A stretch of 64,000 nt of DNA from an uncultured delta proteobacterium (GTDB taxonomy: Bacteria > Myxococcota_A > Polyangia > Polyangiales > Polyangiaceae): assembly GCA_963716725.1 (NCBI GenBank), contig CAVQUB010000005.1:608001-672000 (forward strand), written 5' to 3'. The position numbers and the translations under genes are program-made. A model generated the notes under the pieces. That model did no database searches. It worked only from the letters and a program-made list of their open reading frames with translations, and was not told where the DNA came from. Of the stretch, positions 8,643 to 19,243 are shown one piece after another (within the stretch, counting starts at the first letter, position 1; the number at the start of each line of letters is the position of its first letter).

Positions 8643-10181
8643 TTAAACCACTTCGAGCCGCGTCAGCACGGGCAAGCGCAGCTTTTCGAAGGCCTCCGCT
8701 TGGAGAGTCAGCTCGCGGCGATTGTCCTCTTCCGGCTCGATCCGCTTGCCTTCGAGGGTGAGGCGCTGTCCCTGCGACGACAGCATCTTCCAGGCGTGGT
8801 CGACCCACTCCGAGGGCCGAGTCTTGCCCTCGGCGTGCGCGGACAAGAAGAATTGGTCGACCCGAGACGCGACGACGCCGGCACCCGATACGGGGGACGC
8901 GAGGTGGTTTCGCTCGGAGTTGCTGCGGGAGATCTGCATGAAGTGGCGATTGAGGGCGCGGCTTCGCGGGCGTGCCTGCTCGATGTCGGCGTCGGACTGA
9001 ACCAAACACGCCGAACCCTTGCCGAGCAGCACCGTCACGGCCTGCACCAACTGGCCGAAGCTCAGTTTGGGCGTTGCGGCATCGAGCTCTGCCAAGCTCT
9101 TCGCTCGTGAGCCGTCGGAAGCGAGCGCCTCGATCAGCGGCGCGTAGACGGACTCTTGCAGTTTCGCCGTTCCGCGGGAGCCCGCCACCTCCAGGGTGAT
9201 GGTCGAGGGATCTTCGGCCAACACCACCCGGAACTGCCGCAGCGCTTCGCCCTGGGCCAAGCTCGGCATCTTGCGTGGACCACGCACGAAGTAGTCCCGT
9301 CGGAACTGAGTGTTCGCGAGGAAGTCACGCACCGTCTCGCGCAGCCACACGTCGGTGATGCTCGAGACCAGGGCCTGACCGTCGGCGGACAGATTCAGTC
9401 CGTCGATCTGCTCGAGCAGGGTGGCGTTGGCGCCGTGGGAGAGCTTCGCGTCCTCGAGCTCTTCGGCGATGGCCGAAAACGGCATCGGGTACCAATGCTC
9501 GTTCATCAGCTCGTGGACCGCGTATTTGCCGGGTTTGGCCTTGAACCGCTTGAGTCGGTTCAGGACCTGCGGATGGGCCTTGAAATAGAGCGCGCCGGAG
9601 TCCCCGAGCTTCTCGACGAAGGCGAGGGCGTCCTCGAGACGAGCGCTCACGCCCGCGCCCTCGCTGCCGGTCCGCGCCGCGTGAAGCTGCAGCATGTGTC
9701 GGACCGGGACCATCGGTGACCAGCCCGGGGTCACGTTGTACGAGATGTAGACCACCCCGCCCGGCGCCAGCTTTCGCCGAAGGATGTCCACGATCACGCC
9801 GCGGTTCTCCTCCGAAATCCACGACCAGATGCCGTGGAGCGCGATCATGTCGAACTCGGGCAGGTCGTCGCGCTTCGCGAGCTCGGCGAAGCTCGCGTCG
9901 AGGACGTGGGCGTTGGCGCCAGACGCAGCGATCATGTCCAAAGTGCTCGCGGCCTGTGCGGGGTTGAAGTCGTTGCCCCAGTACTCGCCCGCTCCGACCG
10001 CGGAATGGACCGCAAACGAGACACCCTGCCCGAAGCCCAGCTCCAGGTACTTCGGCCGCGTGAGATCGCGGGTCTTGATACCGCGACAGGTCAACGCCCA
10101 TCGCGTTTGGAGCGGCGACAGCTCCGAGAAATACCCCGCCGTGTAGTCAATCTCGGAGATGTAGCCGTCCGTCCAGCTCAT
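8643..10181 (-). CDS. Class I SAM methyltransferase with methyltransferase regulatory domain
   Basis: WTDGYISEIDYT.GYF.EL.P, YLELGFGQG, FDMIALHGIWSWI, YISYNVTPGW and QFRRDYFVRG motifs. Confidence 0.85.
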   Translation of the reverse strand: MSWTDGYISEIDYTAGYFSELSPLQTRWALTCRGIKTRDLTRPKYLELGFGQGVSFAVHSAVGAGEYWGNDFNPAQAASTLDMIAASGANAHVLDASFAELAKRDDLPEFDMIALHGIWSWISEENRGVIVDILRRKLAPGGVVYISYNVTPGWSPMVPVRHMLQLHAARTGSEGAGVSARLEDALAFVEKLGDSGALYFKAHPQVLNRLKRFKAKPGKYAVHELMNEHWYPMPFSAIAEELEDAKLSHGANATLLEQIDGLNLSADGQALVSSITDVWLRETVRDFLANTQFRRDYFVRGPRKMPSLAQGEALRQFRVVLAEDPSTITLEVAGSRGTAKLQESVYAPLIEALASDGSRAKSLAELDAATPKLSFGQLVQAVTVLLGKGSACLVQSDADIEQARPRSRALNRHFMQISRSNSERNHLASPVSGAGVVASRVDQFFLSAHAEGKTRPSEWVDHAWKMLSSQGQRLTLEGKRIEPEEDNRRELTLQAEAFEKLRLPVLTRLEVV

Positions 10182-10302
10182 GAAGCTCCGGGATACCACG
10201 GGAGGTCACGCGGCGGGTGTGAACAGGCCGCTCCAAGTCCGCTGAGCAAGCCCGGAAAATCCAGGATTTTGGCCTGGCCCGACTCCTGCTATTCGCCGGA
10301 CC

Positions 10303-11298
10303 ATGCGCTGGACGATGGTTTCGGTTGGGGTCTTGGTCTCGGTGGTCGCCTGCGGCGGGAGCACGGACGACGGGCTGAGCGGCAGCGGTGGGACGGGCAA
10401 CACCGGAGGGGGCTCTGGAACGGGGGCTGCCAGCGGAGCTGGCGGCTCGGCCGGAGCGGCAGGCGGTCCCAGCGGGGGCGCCGCGGGAGCCGGAGCGACC
10501 GGCGGCGTGGCGGGCGTCGGAGGGCTGGGCGGTTCGAGCTCCGGCGGGTCGGCCGGGTACACCCTCGAGAACGTCTGCCAGAAGACCCAGCCGCAGGGCT
10601 GCGAGTGGGCCAAAGACTGCTGCACCACGAGCGGCTTCGGCTATGACAAGAGCGGCTGCGAGAAGAGAGCGCTCGGAGACTGCGAGAAGAGCGTCGCCGA
10701 GGTCAAGGCGGGCAAGATGAGCTTTGACCCGACCAAGGTCGACGCCTGCCTCGCTGCGTACAAGAAGCTGCTCTCGCAGTGCACTGTTGGCGTCAATGAC
10801 CTCTACCTGGCGCTCGACGAGCTGAAGGCCTGCAACTACGCCTTCCAAGGCAAGGTCCCGACCGGTTCGAGCTGTGACCGTGACGCCGACTGCGCCCCCT
10901 CCGCCGATCCGAACGTCTTCGTCGGGTGCGACGACGCCGCCAAGAAGTGCACGTCCTCCAAGCGACTTCAGCTCGGGGCAAACTGCGCCATCGGTGACGG
11001 AGTCGCGGACTTTTGTGCCGCCGGGCTCTACTGCGATGCGACGTGGGCCGCGCCGCCTCCCTTCCCCGGCGTCTGCAAGACCGCGACCCCCGTCGGCAAG
11101 AAGTGCAACGGCTTCAAGCCCTACAACCTGGAGTGCGGCGCCGGCTTCTACTGCAACAAGAGCACCAGCGTCTGCACCCCAGCCAAGGCCGGGGGGGCCA
11201 GCTGCTCCGAGACCCTCGAGTGCCAGAGCTACGCCTGCGAGAGCGGCAAGTGCGACCCCGTCGAGCCCGTAGTGGATCAAGAGGCGTGCACTGGGTAG
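10303..11298 (+). CDS. Cys-rich lipoprotein with Gly linker (myxobacterial type)
   Basis: Lipobox VVAC, Gly/Ser/Ala linker, many Cys-rich repeats. Confidence 0.75.
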   Translation: MRWTMVSVGVLVSVVACGGSTDDGLSGSGGTGNTGGGSGTGAASGAGGSAGAAGGPSGGAAGAGATGGVAGVGGLGGSSSGGSAGYTLENVCQKTQPQGCEWAKDCCTTSGFGYDKSGCEKRALGDCEKSVAEVKAGKMSFDPTKVDACLAAYKKLLSQCTVGVNDLYLALDELKACNYAFQGKVPTGSSCDRDADCAPSADPNVFVGCDDAAKKCTSSKRLQLGANCAIGDGVADFCAAGLYCDATWAAPPPFPGVCKTATPVGKKCNGFKPYNLECGAGFYCNKSTSVCTPAKAGGASCSETLECQSYACESGKCDPVEPVVDQEACTG

Positions 11299-11307
11299 GC
11301 TCGGGGG

Positions 11308-12549
11308 GTGACCGGCCCCGACGACGAGGAGCCCGAAGAAGTCCGCTCGGTTCGCGTCGAGCTCGACAGCATTCCCGACTTCGCTGACGGGCTAGCGGAC
11401 TTCTCAGAGTCGTCTTCGTCCAAATCCAAGGAGCTTCCCTCGCTCGATCCCGAGCACGAACTCCACGTCGAAGTGGCGGTCCCGGACCCTCGCCCCTCCC
11501 GGGGGCCCGAGAACTGGCTCGACGACGACGCGCTTCCAGACGTCGAAGGATTGGACGACGAGCTGCCGGTGCTCGGAGCGGAGCACGAGGTGGCAGACCT
11601 TGCGCTGCCGGTGCTCGGAGCGGAGCACGAGGTGGCAGACCTTGCGCTGCCGGTGCTCGGAGCGGAGCACGAGGTCGCGGACGACGAGCCACCGGTGCTC
11701 GGAGCGGAGCACGAGGTCGCGGACGACGAGTTGCCGGTCGATCGACGCCCGGATCTGGCTGCGACGACCGACGAGCCGGACGCCGAGCCGGCGGCAGACC
11801 TCGACGACCCCGCCACTGCCGCTTCAGATGATCTGGCCGACTCGGAGGAGTCGCGCAACTACCGCCAGATCTACGAGACCGAGCTCCGCCCCCTGGAACG
11901 CGATGCGCGGATCGCGCTGGCGCACACGGCTGATGGATCGCTCTTGTGCGCCCTGTGTCTCGATGCCGAGCCCCAGGTCGTCCGGGCTGTGCTCGACAAC
12001 GCGCTCGCGGGCCTCGATCACGCCCGGCTGATCGCGCGCCACCACAAGAACCCTGTCGGGCTGGAGCACTTGGTTCAGCGCGCGGAGTTTGCCCGTGACA
12101 CGCAGGTGCAGCGCTTGCTGGTGCGCAACACGCAGCTCACCGAGAGCTTGCTGCGCCGCCTGATCGGACGCAAACCGCTGCGCGACCTGTACAAGGTGTG
12201 CGTCGATCGCGACGTCGCCGAGAAGAGCCGCATCGGCGCCCGCGGGCTACTACGTACGCGATGGAGCAGCTCTTCCAGCGAAGAGCGGGCGGACTTCGTG
12301 ATCGCGACCGAGGCGCGCTGCTTGTCGTTGCTGGTCGGGCAGACCTTCGACTCGAGGATGACGTCGATCCTCTGCGGGCGGCAGCTCACCTCGGTGCTGT
12401 TCGTCCAGAACCTGGCGCGCTTTCCCGCCTGCCCGCCGGCGTTGCTCGTGCACCTCTTGAAGCAGCCCTTCGTGCGCAGACACGCCGCGCTCAAGAAGGC
12501 GATCTTCCAGCACCCGAACCTGCCGTCGCAGGCCAAGCGAAATATGTAG
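11308..12549 (+). CDS. Hypothetical protein with an acidic repeat-bearing N-terminus and a Leu-rich helical-repeat C-terminus
   Basis: D/E-rich N-half carrying LPVLGAEHEVAD repeats. C-half has DAEPQVVRAVLDN...HPNLPS LRV/HEAT-like motifs. Confidence 0.65.
   Translation: MTGPDDEEPEEVRSVRVELDSIPDFADGLADFSESSSSKSKELPSLDPEHELHVEVAVPDPRPSRGPENWLDDDALPDVEGLDDELPVLGAEHEVADLALPVLGAEHEVADLALPVLGAEHEVADDEPPVLGAEHEVADDELPVDRRPDLAATTDEPDAEPAADLDDPATAASDDLADSEESRNYRQIYETELRPLERDARIALAHTADGSLLCALCLDAEPQVVRAVLDNALAGLDHARLIARHHKNPVGLEHLVQRAEFARDTQVQRLLVRNTQLTESLLRRLIGRKPLRDLYKVCVDRDVAEKSRIGARGLLRTRWSSSSSEERADFVIATEARCLSLLVGQTFDSRMTSILCGRQLTSVLFVQNLARFPACPPALLVHLLKQPFVRRHAALKKAIFQHPNLPSQAKRNM
11563..11738 (+). 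repeat. In-frame 42-bp tandem repeat, ~4 copies
   Basis: ctgccggtgctcggagcggagcacgaggtggcagaccttgcg units start at 11563, 11605, 11647 and 11689. Confidence 0.9.
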
Positions 12550-12553
12550 CGCT

Positions 12554-14380
12554 TCAGCTCTCGGGGCTGAGTTCCCAGGTCTCTGGGCTGCGCCAGAGCC
12601 GAGATCGCAAGAGCTCCCGTTCGTAGAGCAGCTCCTTCGGCAGGCGATCGTAGAAGCGGTCGAAGTGCTCCTCGTGCGCCACGGCCTCTTTTCGTCCGGC
12701 CTCGCGGCTCACGACCATCAGCTCGTGGAACAGCTTCGGATCGTAGTCGAGCCCTTCCCAGTGCAGGTCGTCGTGCCGCGGCATCCAGCCCAAGGGGCTC
12801 TCGACGGCGTAGGCGCGACCGCGGACGCGGTCGACGACCCACTTGAGCACGCGCATGTTCTCGCCGAAGCCGGGCCACATGAACTTGCCGTTGTCGTCTT
12901 TGCGGAACCAGTTCACGCGGAAGATGCGAGGCGGGTTCGGGATGCGCCGCCCCATGTTCAGCCAGTGCCCCCAGTAGTCGGCCATGTTGTAGCCACAGAA
13001 GGGCAGCATCGCCATCGGGTCGCGGCGCACGGCGGCCTGTCCCACGGCTGCCGCGGTGGCCTCCGAGCCCATGGTCGCGGCCAAGTACACCCCGTGGCTC
13101 CAGTTGAAGGCTTGGAATACCAGCGGCATGTCTTTCGAGGTGCGTCCGCCAAAGATGAACGCGCTGATGGGGACGCCGTCCGGCGAGTCCCACTTTTCGT
13201 CGGCTGTTGGGCACTGCGAGAGCGGCGCCGTGAAGCGCGAGTTGGGGTGCGCTGCCGGGGTCTTGCTCGTCGGCGTCCAGTCGCGGCCCTGCCAGTCGAT
13301 GCAGTGCTGCGGCGGATCGGACAGCCCCTCCCACCACACGTCGCCGTCGTCGGTGAGCGCGACGTTCGTGAAGATGCTGTTCTTGGTCAGCGAGGCGATG
13401 GCGTTCGGGTTGGTCTTGGCACCGGTGCCCGGCGCGACGCCAAAGAACCCCGCCTCGGGGTTGATGGCGTAGAGCTTGCCGTCCTTACCTGGCTTGATCC
13501 ACGCAATGTCGTCACCCACGGTCCAAATTTTCCAGCCCTCGAAGCCGCCCGGCGGGACCATCATGGCGAAGTTGGTCTTGCCACAGGCGCTGGGGAAGGC
13601 CGCCGCGACGTAGGTGCGCTCCCCGTCCGGGGCCTCGACCCCCACGATGAGCATGTGCTCGGCCAGCCAGCCCTCGTCGCGGGCCATCACGGTGGCGATG
13701 CGCAGCGCGAAGCACTTCTTGCCGAGCAGTGCGTTGCCGCCGTAGCCCGAGCCGAAGGACCAGATCTCGCGCGTCTCGGGGAAATGCGCGATGGTCGTGT
13801 TCGCCGGATTGCAGGGCCAGGGCACGTCCTTCTCGCCGGCGCCCAGCGGGCGTCCCACCGAGTGCACGCAGGGCACGAACTCGCCGCCGTCGCCGAGCAC
13901 GTCCAGGGCACGTTGGCCCATGCGCGTCATGATGCGCATGTTCGTCGCCACGTAGGCGCTGTCCGTCACCTGCACGCCGATGTGCGCCATGGGTGAGCCG
14001 AGCGGGCCCATGCTAAACGGCACGATGTACATGGTGCGGCCGCGCATGCAGCCGTCGAAGCTCTTGCGCAGCTTCTCCTTCATCTCTTTCGGCTCCATCC
14101 AATTGTTGGTCGGACCGGCGTCGACCTTCGAGGCCGAACAGATGAAGGTGCGATCTTCCACGCGGGCGACGTCCTTCGGATCGCTCCGCGCCAAGAAGCT
14201 GTTGGGTCGCTTTTCCGGGCTCAGCGCGATGAAGGTGCCGCTCTGCACCATGAGCTTGCACAGTCGGTCGTACTCTTCCTGGCTTCCATCGCACCAGTGG
14301 ACGTGATCGGGCTTGCACAGCGCAGTCATCTCGTCGACCCAGGCGAGGAGCCGGGCGTGCTTGGTATTTGCGTGACTCAT
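12554..14380 (-). CDS. pckG: Phosphoenolpyruvate carboxykinase (GTP)
   Basis: [40 protein letters not shown] and [13 protein letters not shown] motifs. Confidence 0.97.
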   Translation of the reverse strand: MSHANTKHARLLAWVDEMTALCKPDHVHWCDGSQEEYDRLCKLMVQSGTFIALSPEKRPNSFLARSDPKDVARVEDRTFICSASKVDAGPTNNWMEPKEMKEKLRKSFDGCMRGRTMYIVPFSMGPLGSPMAHIGVQVTDSAYVATNMRIMTRMGQRALDVLGDGGEFVPCVHSVGRPLGAGEKDVPWPCNPANTTIAHFPETREIWSFGSGYGGNALLGKKCFALRIATVMARDEGWLAEHMLIVGVEAPDGERTYVAAAFPSACGKTNFAMMVPPGGFEGWKIWTVGDDIAWIKPGKDGKLYAINPEAGFFGVAPGTGAKTNPNAIASLTKNSIFTNVALTDDGDVWWEGLSDPPQHCIDWQGRDWTPTSKTPAAHPNSRFTAPLSQCPTADEKWDSPDGVPISAFIFGGRTSKDMPLVFQAFNWSHGVYLAATMGSEATAAAVGQAAVRRDPMAMLPFCGYNMADYWGHWLNMGRRIPNPPRIFRVNWFRKDDNGKFMWPGFGENMRVLKWVVDRVRGRAYAVESPLGWMPRHDDLHWEGLDYDPKLFHELMVVSREAGRKEAVAHEEHFDRFYDRLPKELLYERELLRSRLWRSPETWELSPES

Positions 14381-14494
14381 CGGCTCTGACCTTTCGAAAG
14401 CGGAGGGTGAAACTACCAGTTTTTGAATCGAATTGGGGAAGGTTCGAGGGGCCAGGCGCGCGAAGATTGCGTCGTTGCTAGGCTGGCATGGCAG

Positions 14495-14899
14495 ATGAGC
14501 ACGAGAGCACTCCGGCTGCTCGGTCGGCACCAGCTCGCGTCGCTCGTGGCGACGGCGGCGGATTTCAGCGCCATGATAGCGCTGGTCGAGCTTGCCAGGT
14601 GTTCACCGGTGCTTGCGGCGGCGCTCGGGGCGACCTTCGGCGCCGTCGTCAACTTCGTGCTCAACCGGCGCTGGGTCTTCGCTTCGGCCGCTGAGCCGCT
14701 CGGGGGTCAGGCGCTGCGCTACGCAGCGGTGTCGGCGGCCAGCGCCGCTTGGAACGCGCTGGGCGAGCACACGCTGTTCAAAGTGCTCGGCTTGCACTAC
14801 GTCTGGGCCCGCGTGATCGTCTCCGTTGCCATCAGCTTGGGCTGGAACTTCCCGATGCAGCGGTATTGGGTGTTTCGTCCGAGGAGAGCGAGCCGTTGA
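14495..14899 (+). CDS. GtrA-family small membrane protein
   Basis: Four TM segments, [11 protein letters not shown] and [11 protein letters not shown] motifs. Confidence 0.85.
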   Translation: MSTRALRLLGRHQLASLVATAADFSAMIALVELARCSPVLAAALGATFGAVVNFVLNRRWVFASAAEPLGGQALRYAAVSAASAAWNALGEHTLFKVLGLHYVWARVIVSVAISLGWNFPMQRYWVFRPRRASR

Positions 14900-17397
14900 G
14901 CGATCTGGACAAGGTTCCCGAGCGAACGCGCCGCTTCGTCGCGTTCACGCTGCGGCACGCCAAGTGGATCTGGCTCGTGGCGCTGCTCGCGGCGGTGCCG
15001 GCGGTCTGGCGCACGGCGTCGCTCTACGCCAACCTTCGGAGCGAGCTCGAGCATTTGCTACCGCGCAGCGCGCCCAGCGTCGCCGCTATCGAGGAGCTGC
15101 GGGCGCGGTTGCCGGGTCTGCAGCACCTGGGAGTCGTCGTCGATGTTGGGAGCGCGGACCACCTGCCCGACGGCGAGCGCTTCCTCGACAATCTCGCGGC
15201 GAGGATCCGGGCCTACCCGCCGGAGCTCGTCCGCTCGGTGCGGCTCGGGAACGACGCCGAGCGGGCGTACCTGGAGAAATACGCGCCGATTTACCTCGAG
15301 CAGTCCGAGCTGGTCAGCGTGCGCGAGCGCATCGAGGCGCGCCGCGACTGGGAGGTGGCCAAGGCGGCGGATCAGCTCCTCGACGAGGACGAGAAGCCTC
15401 CGCCCCTGGACTTCAGTGACATCGAGAAGAAGTACGAAGCTGAGGTCGGCGGCGGCGAGCGCGTTCCGACCGGGCGGTTCTCGTCCAAGGTCATCGCTCA
15501 CACGCTCTTGGTCGTGGACGTTGCTCCCTTCTCGACGGGGCAGGGCAAGGGCGCCGAGCTCTTGCGCCGGGTCCAGGCAGATGTCGCTTCGCTGGGAGGT
15601 CCCGCCCGGTACGCGCCGGGCATGCGCCTGGGCTACGCCGGCGACATCGCCATTTCGGTAGAAGAGACCCAAGCGCTGAAGGACGACCTCTCGCTGTCGT
15701 CAGTGCTGGTCTTGTTCTTCGTCGGGGGCGCGCTGCTCGCCTATTTCCGATGGTACAAGAGCATCCTCGCGCTGATCCCGCCGCTGCTCCTGGCCACGGT
15801 CTACACCTTCGCGCTGGCCTCGTTGCCGCCGTTCCGGGTCACCGAGCTCAACTCGAACACGGCCTTTCTCGGTTCCATCATCGTCGGCAACGGAATCAAC
15901 TTCGGAGTGATCCTGCTCGCTCGCTACACCGAAGAGCGCCGCACCGGGGTGAAGCTACAGGACGCGATCACCATCGCGGTGTGGGGAGCGGGGCCGGGGA
16001 CCTTGTCGGCTTCGCTGGCTGCCAGCGCCGCCTACGGATCGCTCATCTTGACCGAGTTTCGCGGCTTCCGGCAGTTCGGCTACATCGGCCTGATCGGCAT
16101 GGTGCTGTCGTGGGCCGTGTCGTTCGTGCTCATCCCGCCGCTCACCGTCTGGCTCGATCGCGACGGCGGCTCGGCGCGGAGCTCGGCGGCGACCACCGGG
16201 GCGCTGATGGGCAAGGTGGCCGATGTCGTCACCCGATACCCGCGGCTGATCCTCGCTTTCGGCGCCGCCCTCACCCTCGCGTCGCTGCTGAAGCTGAGCA
16301 CCGTCGGCGAGCAGAACTTGGAACACGACTTCTCGAAGCTGCGCCGAGCCGACACTTGGATCGACGGCGAGGGCTACTGGGGACGCAAGATGGACGCCGT
16401 GCTCGGCAGCTACCTGACGCCGACGGTTCTGCTCGCGGACTCGCCCGAGCAGGCGCGGGCAGTCCGCGCGAAGCTCGAGGCTGCCCGCCATGAGCCCCCG
16501 CTCTCCGAGATGGTGACGCGCGTGTTCTCCATCGACGACGTCATTCCCACCGGCCAGGTCGAGAAGCTGGCCGAGGTCCAGAAGATCCGCGCCGCGCTGA
16601 CGCCGCGAGTGCGCGAACAAATCCCGAAAGACAAGCGCGACCAGGTGGAGCGCCTGCTCGCGAACGAGATCACCGCGCCCGTGGGCCCGGACGATCTGCC
16701 GCCGCGGCTCTTGGTCGGGCTTCGGGAGCGCGACGGCAGCGTGGGCAGGACGGTCGTGGTCTTTCCCCGGCCCGCGCGCGAACTCTGGCAAGGGCCGCCC
16801 TTGGCCGCCTTCGTGGCGGCGCTGCGCAGCGCCGCCGAAGAAGGCAAGCCCCACGCAGGTCCGGCGGCACGCGTGGCGGGCTCGCTGCCCCTCTCGGCCG
16901 ACATCCTGGCCTCCGTGCGGCGCGACGGCGTCTTCGCGAGCATCGCCGCCTTCGTGGGGGTGTTCTTGGTGGTCCTCAGTCTGTTTCGCTTCACCCGCAC
17001 CACGCTCTTGGTCATGGGAACCCTGGTCGTTGGCGTCGCGTGGCTCGGGGCCTTTGCGATCATGACCGGCGTGAAGGTGAATTTCGCCAACTTCATCGCC
17101 TTCCCGATCACCTTCGGGATCGGGGTCGACTACGCGGTGAACGTCATGAGCCGATTCCAGAGCGATGGCTCCCGCGACGTCCGCCCGGCCATCCGCGCGA
17201 CGGGCGGCGCCGTCGCGCTCTGCTCCGTGACCACCGTCGTCGGCTACTCGTCCCTGCTCTTGGCGGAGAACCAGGCGCTGTTCTTGTTCGGCCTGCTGGC
17301 GGTCCTCGGCGAGGTCGTCTGCCTGGTCGCGGGCGTGCTGCTCTTGCCCGCGGTGCTCACATTGACATCCAAAGCGCGTACGGCTCAGGCCGGCTGA
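14896..17397 (+). CDS. MMPL/RND-family lipid transporter
   Basis: Two TM bundles with GNGINFGVILLARY and GIGVDYAVNV...TGGAV.LCS.TT..GY motifs. TTG start overlaps the GtrA stop. Confidence 0.85.
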   Translation: MSDLDKVPERTRRFVAFTLRHAKWIWLVALLAAVPAVWRTASLYANLRSELEHLLPRSAPSVAAIEELRARLPGLQHLGVVVDVGSADHLPDGERFLDNLAARIRAYPPELVRSVRLGNDAERAYLEKYAPIYLEQSELVSVRERIEARRDWEVAKAADQLLDEDEKPPPLDFSDIEKKYEAEVGGGERVPTGRFSSKVIAHTLLVVDVAPFSTGQGKGAELLRRVQADVASLGGPARYAPGMRLGYAGDIAISVEETQALKDDLSLSSVLVLFFVGGALLAYFRWYKSILALIPPLLLATVYTFALASLPPFRVTELNSNTAFLGSIIVGNGINFGVILLARYTEERRTGVKLQDAITIAVWGAGPGTLSASLAASAAYGSLILTEFRGFRQFGYIGLIGMVLSWAVSFVLIPPLTVWLDRDGGSARSSAATTGALMGKVADVVTRYPRLILAFGAALTLASLLKLSTVGEQNLEHDFSKLRRADTWIDGEGYWGRKMDAVLGSYLTPTVLLADSPEQARAVRAKLEAARHEPPLSEMVTRVFSIDDVIPTGQVEKLAEVQKIRAALTPRVREQIPKDKRDQVERLLANEITAPVGPDDLPPRLLVGLRERDGSVGRTVVVFPRPARELWQGPPLAAFVAALRSAAEEGKPHAGPAARVAGSLPLSADILASVRRDGVFASIAAFVGVFLVVLSLFRFTRTTLLVMGTLVVGVAWLGAFAIMTGVKVNFANFIAFPITFGIGVDYAVNVMSRFQSDGSRDVRPAIRATGGAVALCSVTTVVGYSSLLLAENQALFLFGLLAVLGEVVCLVAGVLLLPAVLTLTSKARTAQAG

Positions 17398-18305
17398 GGG
17401 TCGCCTCGGGCCGCGCGAGTCACCAGCCGCTTCGCCAGGATCGTGGCCACGATCGCGACCGCCCAGCCGGCGATGGCGTCCAGGATCCAGTGGTGGTCCA
17501 GGTACACGGCCGCCAGGAACATCACGATCGAGTAGAGAATGTGGATCGGACGGGTCTTCCAGGTCGTGGCCTTCCACGCGGTGAGCAGCCCGAGGACTGG
17601 GTAAGCGCAGTGCATGCTCGGCATGGCGCCGAACACGCTCGACGCGCGCGAGTAGAAATCGTGAAAATAGGTGATGCCCAGCAGGGCATCGACGCGCGTG
17701 AGCGCAGCGGGGCTCGGCAGCGCGGCCATGTCGATGACGCAGCCGTGAGCGCGCAGGTACCAGGGAGGGGCGGCGGGCACCAGCAGCCACATCAGGAACG
17801 AGATGTAGTTGGCGATGGCGAAGGCCCACAGGTAGTGGCGCATGCGTGGGCGATCGACGAAATAGAGGTAGGCCGCGTAGAACAGCGCGAGATACGCGAA
17901 GATCGCGTAGGGAACCGCGAAAATCAGGTCCAGCACCGGGTGAGCGTGGCGCTGCGCGAAGTCCTGGAAGGTCTGATCCGGCCCCGTCGAAAACAGCGCC
18001 AGCTCGGCGCTGCGCAGCCCGCAACCCATCACGCGATCCGGCGTCACCAACAGCTGACGCGGGTAGCGAACCGCGTCGTAGCCGATGGCCACGGCGAGAT
18101 AAGGCCACACGTCCCCGAAGAAGCGCTTCGACCGCGGCCCCGCGTAGGCGAAGCCACAGGCGACGGTGGTGAGCAGCACGTGCTCGAACCGCGTGTCGCC
18201 CATGGCGACCACGAAGGCCAAGTAGGCCAGGGGGAGGCCACCCGGCAAGAACCACCACTTGCCCCAGAGCGCGCGCACATGTCGCAGCGGCGACGTCACG
18301 GCCAC
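17385..18305 (-). CDS. Aur1/inositol-phosphorylceramide synthase-like PAP2 membrane enzyme
   Basis: PAAPPWY, FGAMPSMHCAYP and AVYLDHHWILDAIAG catalytic motifs. Confidence 0.85.
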   Translation of the reverse strand: MAVTSPLRHVRALWGKWWFLPGGLPLAYLAFVVAMGDTRFEHVLLTTVACGFAYAGPRSKRFFGDVWPYLAVAIGYDAVRYPRQLLVTPDRVMGCGLRSAELALFSTGPDQTFQDFAQRHAHPVLDLIFAVPYAIFAYLALFYAAYLYFVDRPRMRHYLWAFAIANYISFLMWLLVPAAPPWYLRAHGCVIDMAALPSPAALTRVDALLGITYFHDFYSRASSVFGAMPSMHCAYPVLGLLTAWKATTWKTRPIHILYSIVMFLAAVYLDHHWILDAIAGWAVAIVATILAKRLVTRAARGDPQPA

Positions 18306-18321
18306 CTCGTCGCCGCCGAAC

Positions 18322-19131
18322 TCAATCCGATTCTGCTCGCGACCCGGGGCCGGGTGAGCTCAGCGCGCGCTTGGCCGAACGCAGGGCCGCGACGATGCCG
18401 ACCAAGCTGGATGCGGCGAGCACCGCTACGCCCAACAGCGTGAGCGGACCGTCGAGACGCCCTTCGTCGCAGGGCACGATACCAACGAAGAACGAGAGCG
18501 TGAGCAGGACCACCCGCTCGGCGCGGCGCATGAACAAGGGCGGCAGCACCGTGCCCAACGCCTCTGCCCGGGCCCGGACGTAGCTGAGCGTGAAGGAACC
18601 CAGGATGGCCATGCCGGGGATGGCGGCGAGCCAGCCGTGCTCCGCGTAGAACACCGTCAGCCCGAGCAGGGGAAGGCCGTCCGAGAGGCGATCGACAGTC
18701 GAGTCGAGGAGGGCACCCCAGCGCGAGGTCGTGCCGGTCGCTCGGGCGACGACGCCGTCGAACACGTCGAGCGCTCCGCTGGCGATCACCAGCAGCCCGG
18801 CCGTGACCAGCGAGCCCGTCGCCGCCGCTACGCCGGCGAGGGCTGCCAGTACCAGCGAGACGTAGGTGAGCGTATTGGCGGAGACCCCGGTGCGACCCAG
18901 CGATGCGCCGACCACCAAGGTGCCGTGATACGCGGTCGCGGCCAGGGGCACGCGTTCCCACACGCTCCCGCTCAGGCGCTGGGCCACGTACTGCGCGGAC
19001 GTCGGCCCCGGTTGCGGTTCGACGATGGCGTTGGGGTTGAGGGCTCGATCGGTCACGGCTGCTTGGTGAGAGCCTAAGGTCTGCGAAAGGAGTCGCAACC
19101 ACGCCCGCTGCAGTTCGGCCGGCTGGCTCAC
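18322..19131 (-). CDS. CDP-alcohol phosphatidyltransferase, PIP/PI-synthase-like
   Basis: DVFDGVVARATG..SRWGALLDSTVDR signature, then SYVRARAE and MRRAER. Start uncertain. Confidence 0.88.
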   Translation of the reverse strand: MSQPAELQRAWLRLLSQTLGSHQAAVTDRALNPNAIVEPQPGPTSAQYVAQRLSGSVWERVPLAATAYHGTLVVGASLGRTGVSANTLTYVSLVLAALAGVAAATGSLVTAGLLVIASGALDVFDGVVARATGTTSRWGALLDSTVDRLSDGLPLLGLTVFYAEHGWLAAIPGMAILGSFTLSYVRARAEALGTVLPPLFMRRAERVVLLTLSFFVGIVPCDEGRLDGPLTLLGVAVLAASSLVGIVAALRSAKRALSSPGPGSRAESD

Positions 19132-19243
19132 GCTCGTTGTCGCTCATCGTCCGACGAAGCCTACCGATCGTCCGCACGACTGATAAATAACCTGGTTCCC
19201 GCATATTTTGCAGCAGGGAGATTCACGTGAGATGACCCGAGCC

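Noticed and set aside
6417..9110. 897-aa plus-strand ORF, and similar long ORFs such as 262-1770, 15955-18258, 22826-24355 and 56390-58291
   Set aside because: These are antisense shadows of clear genes (typA, narK, MMPL, beta-propeller, 27-heme cytochrome). They are expected in high-GC DNA and carry no motifs.
11563..11738. Regular repeats as a possible CRISPR array (also 50852-51031 and 55828-55918)
   Set aside because: The units are head-to-tail with no unique spacers, are multiples of 3 within coding frames, and no cas genes are present.
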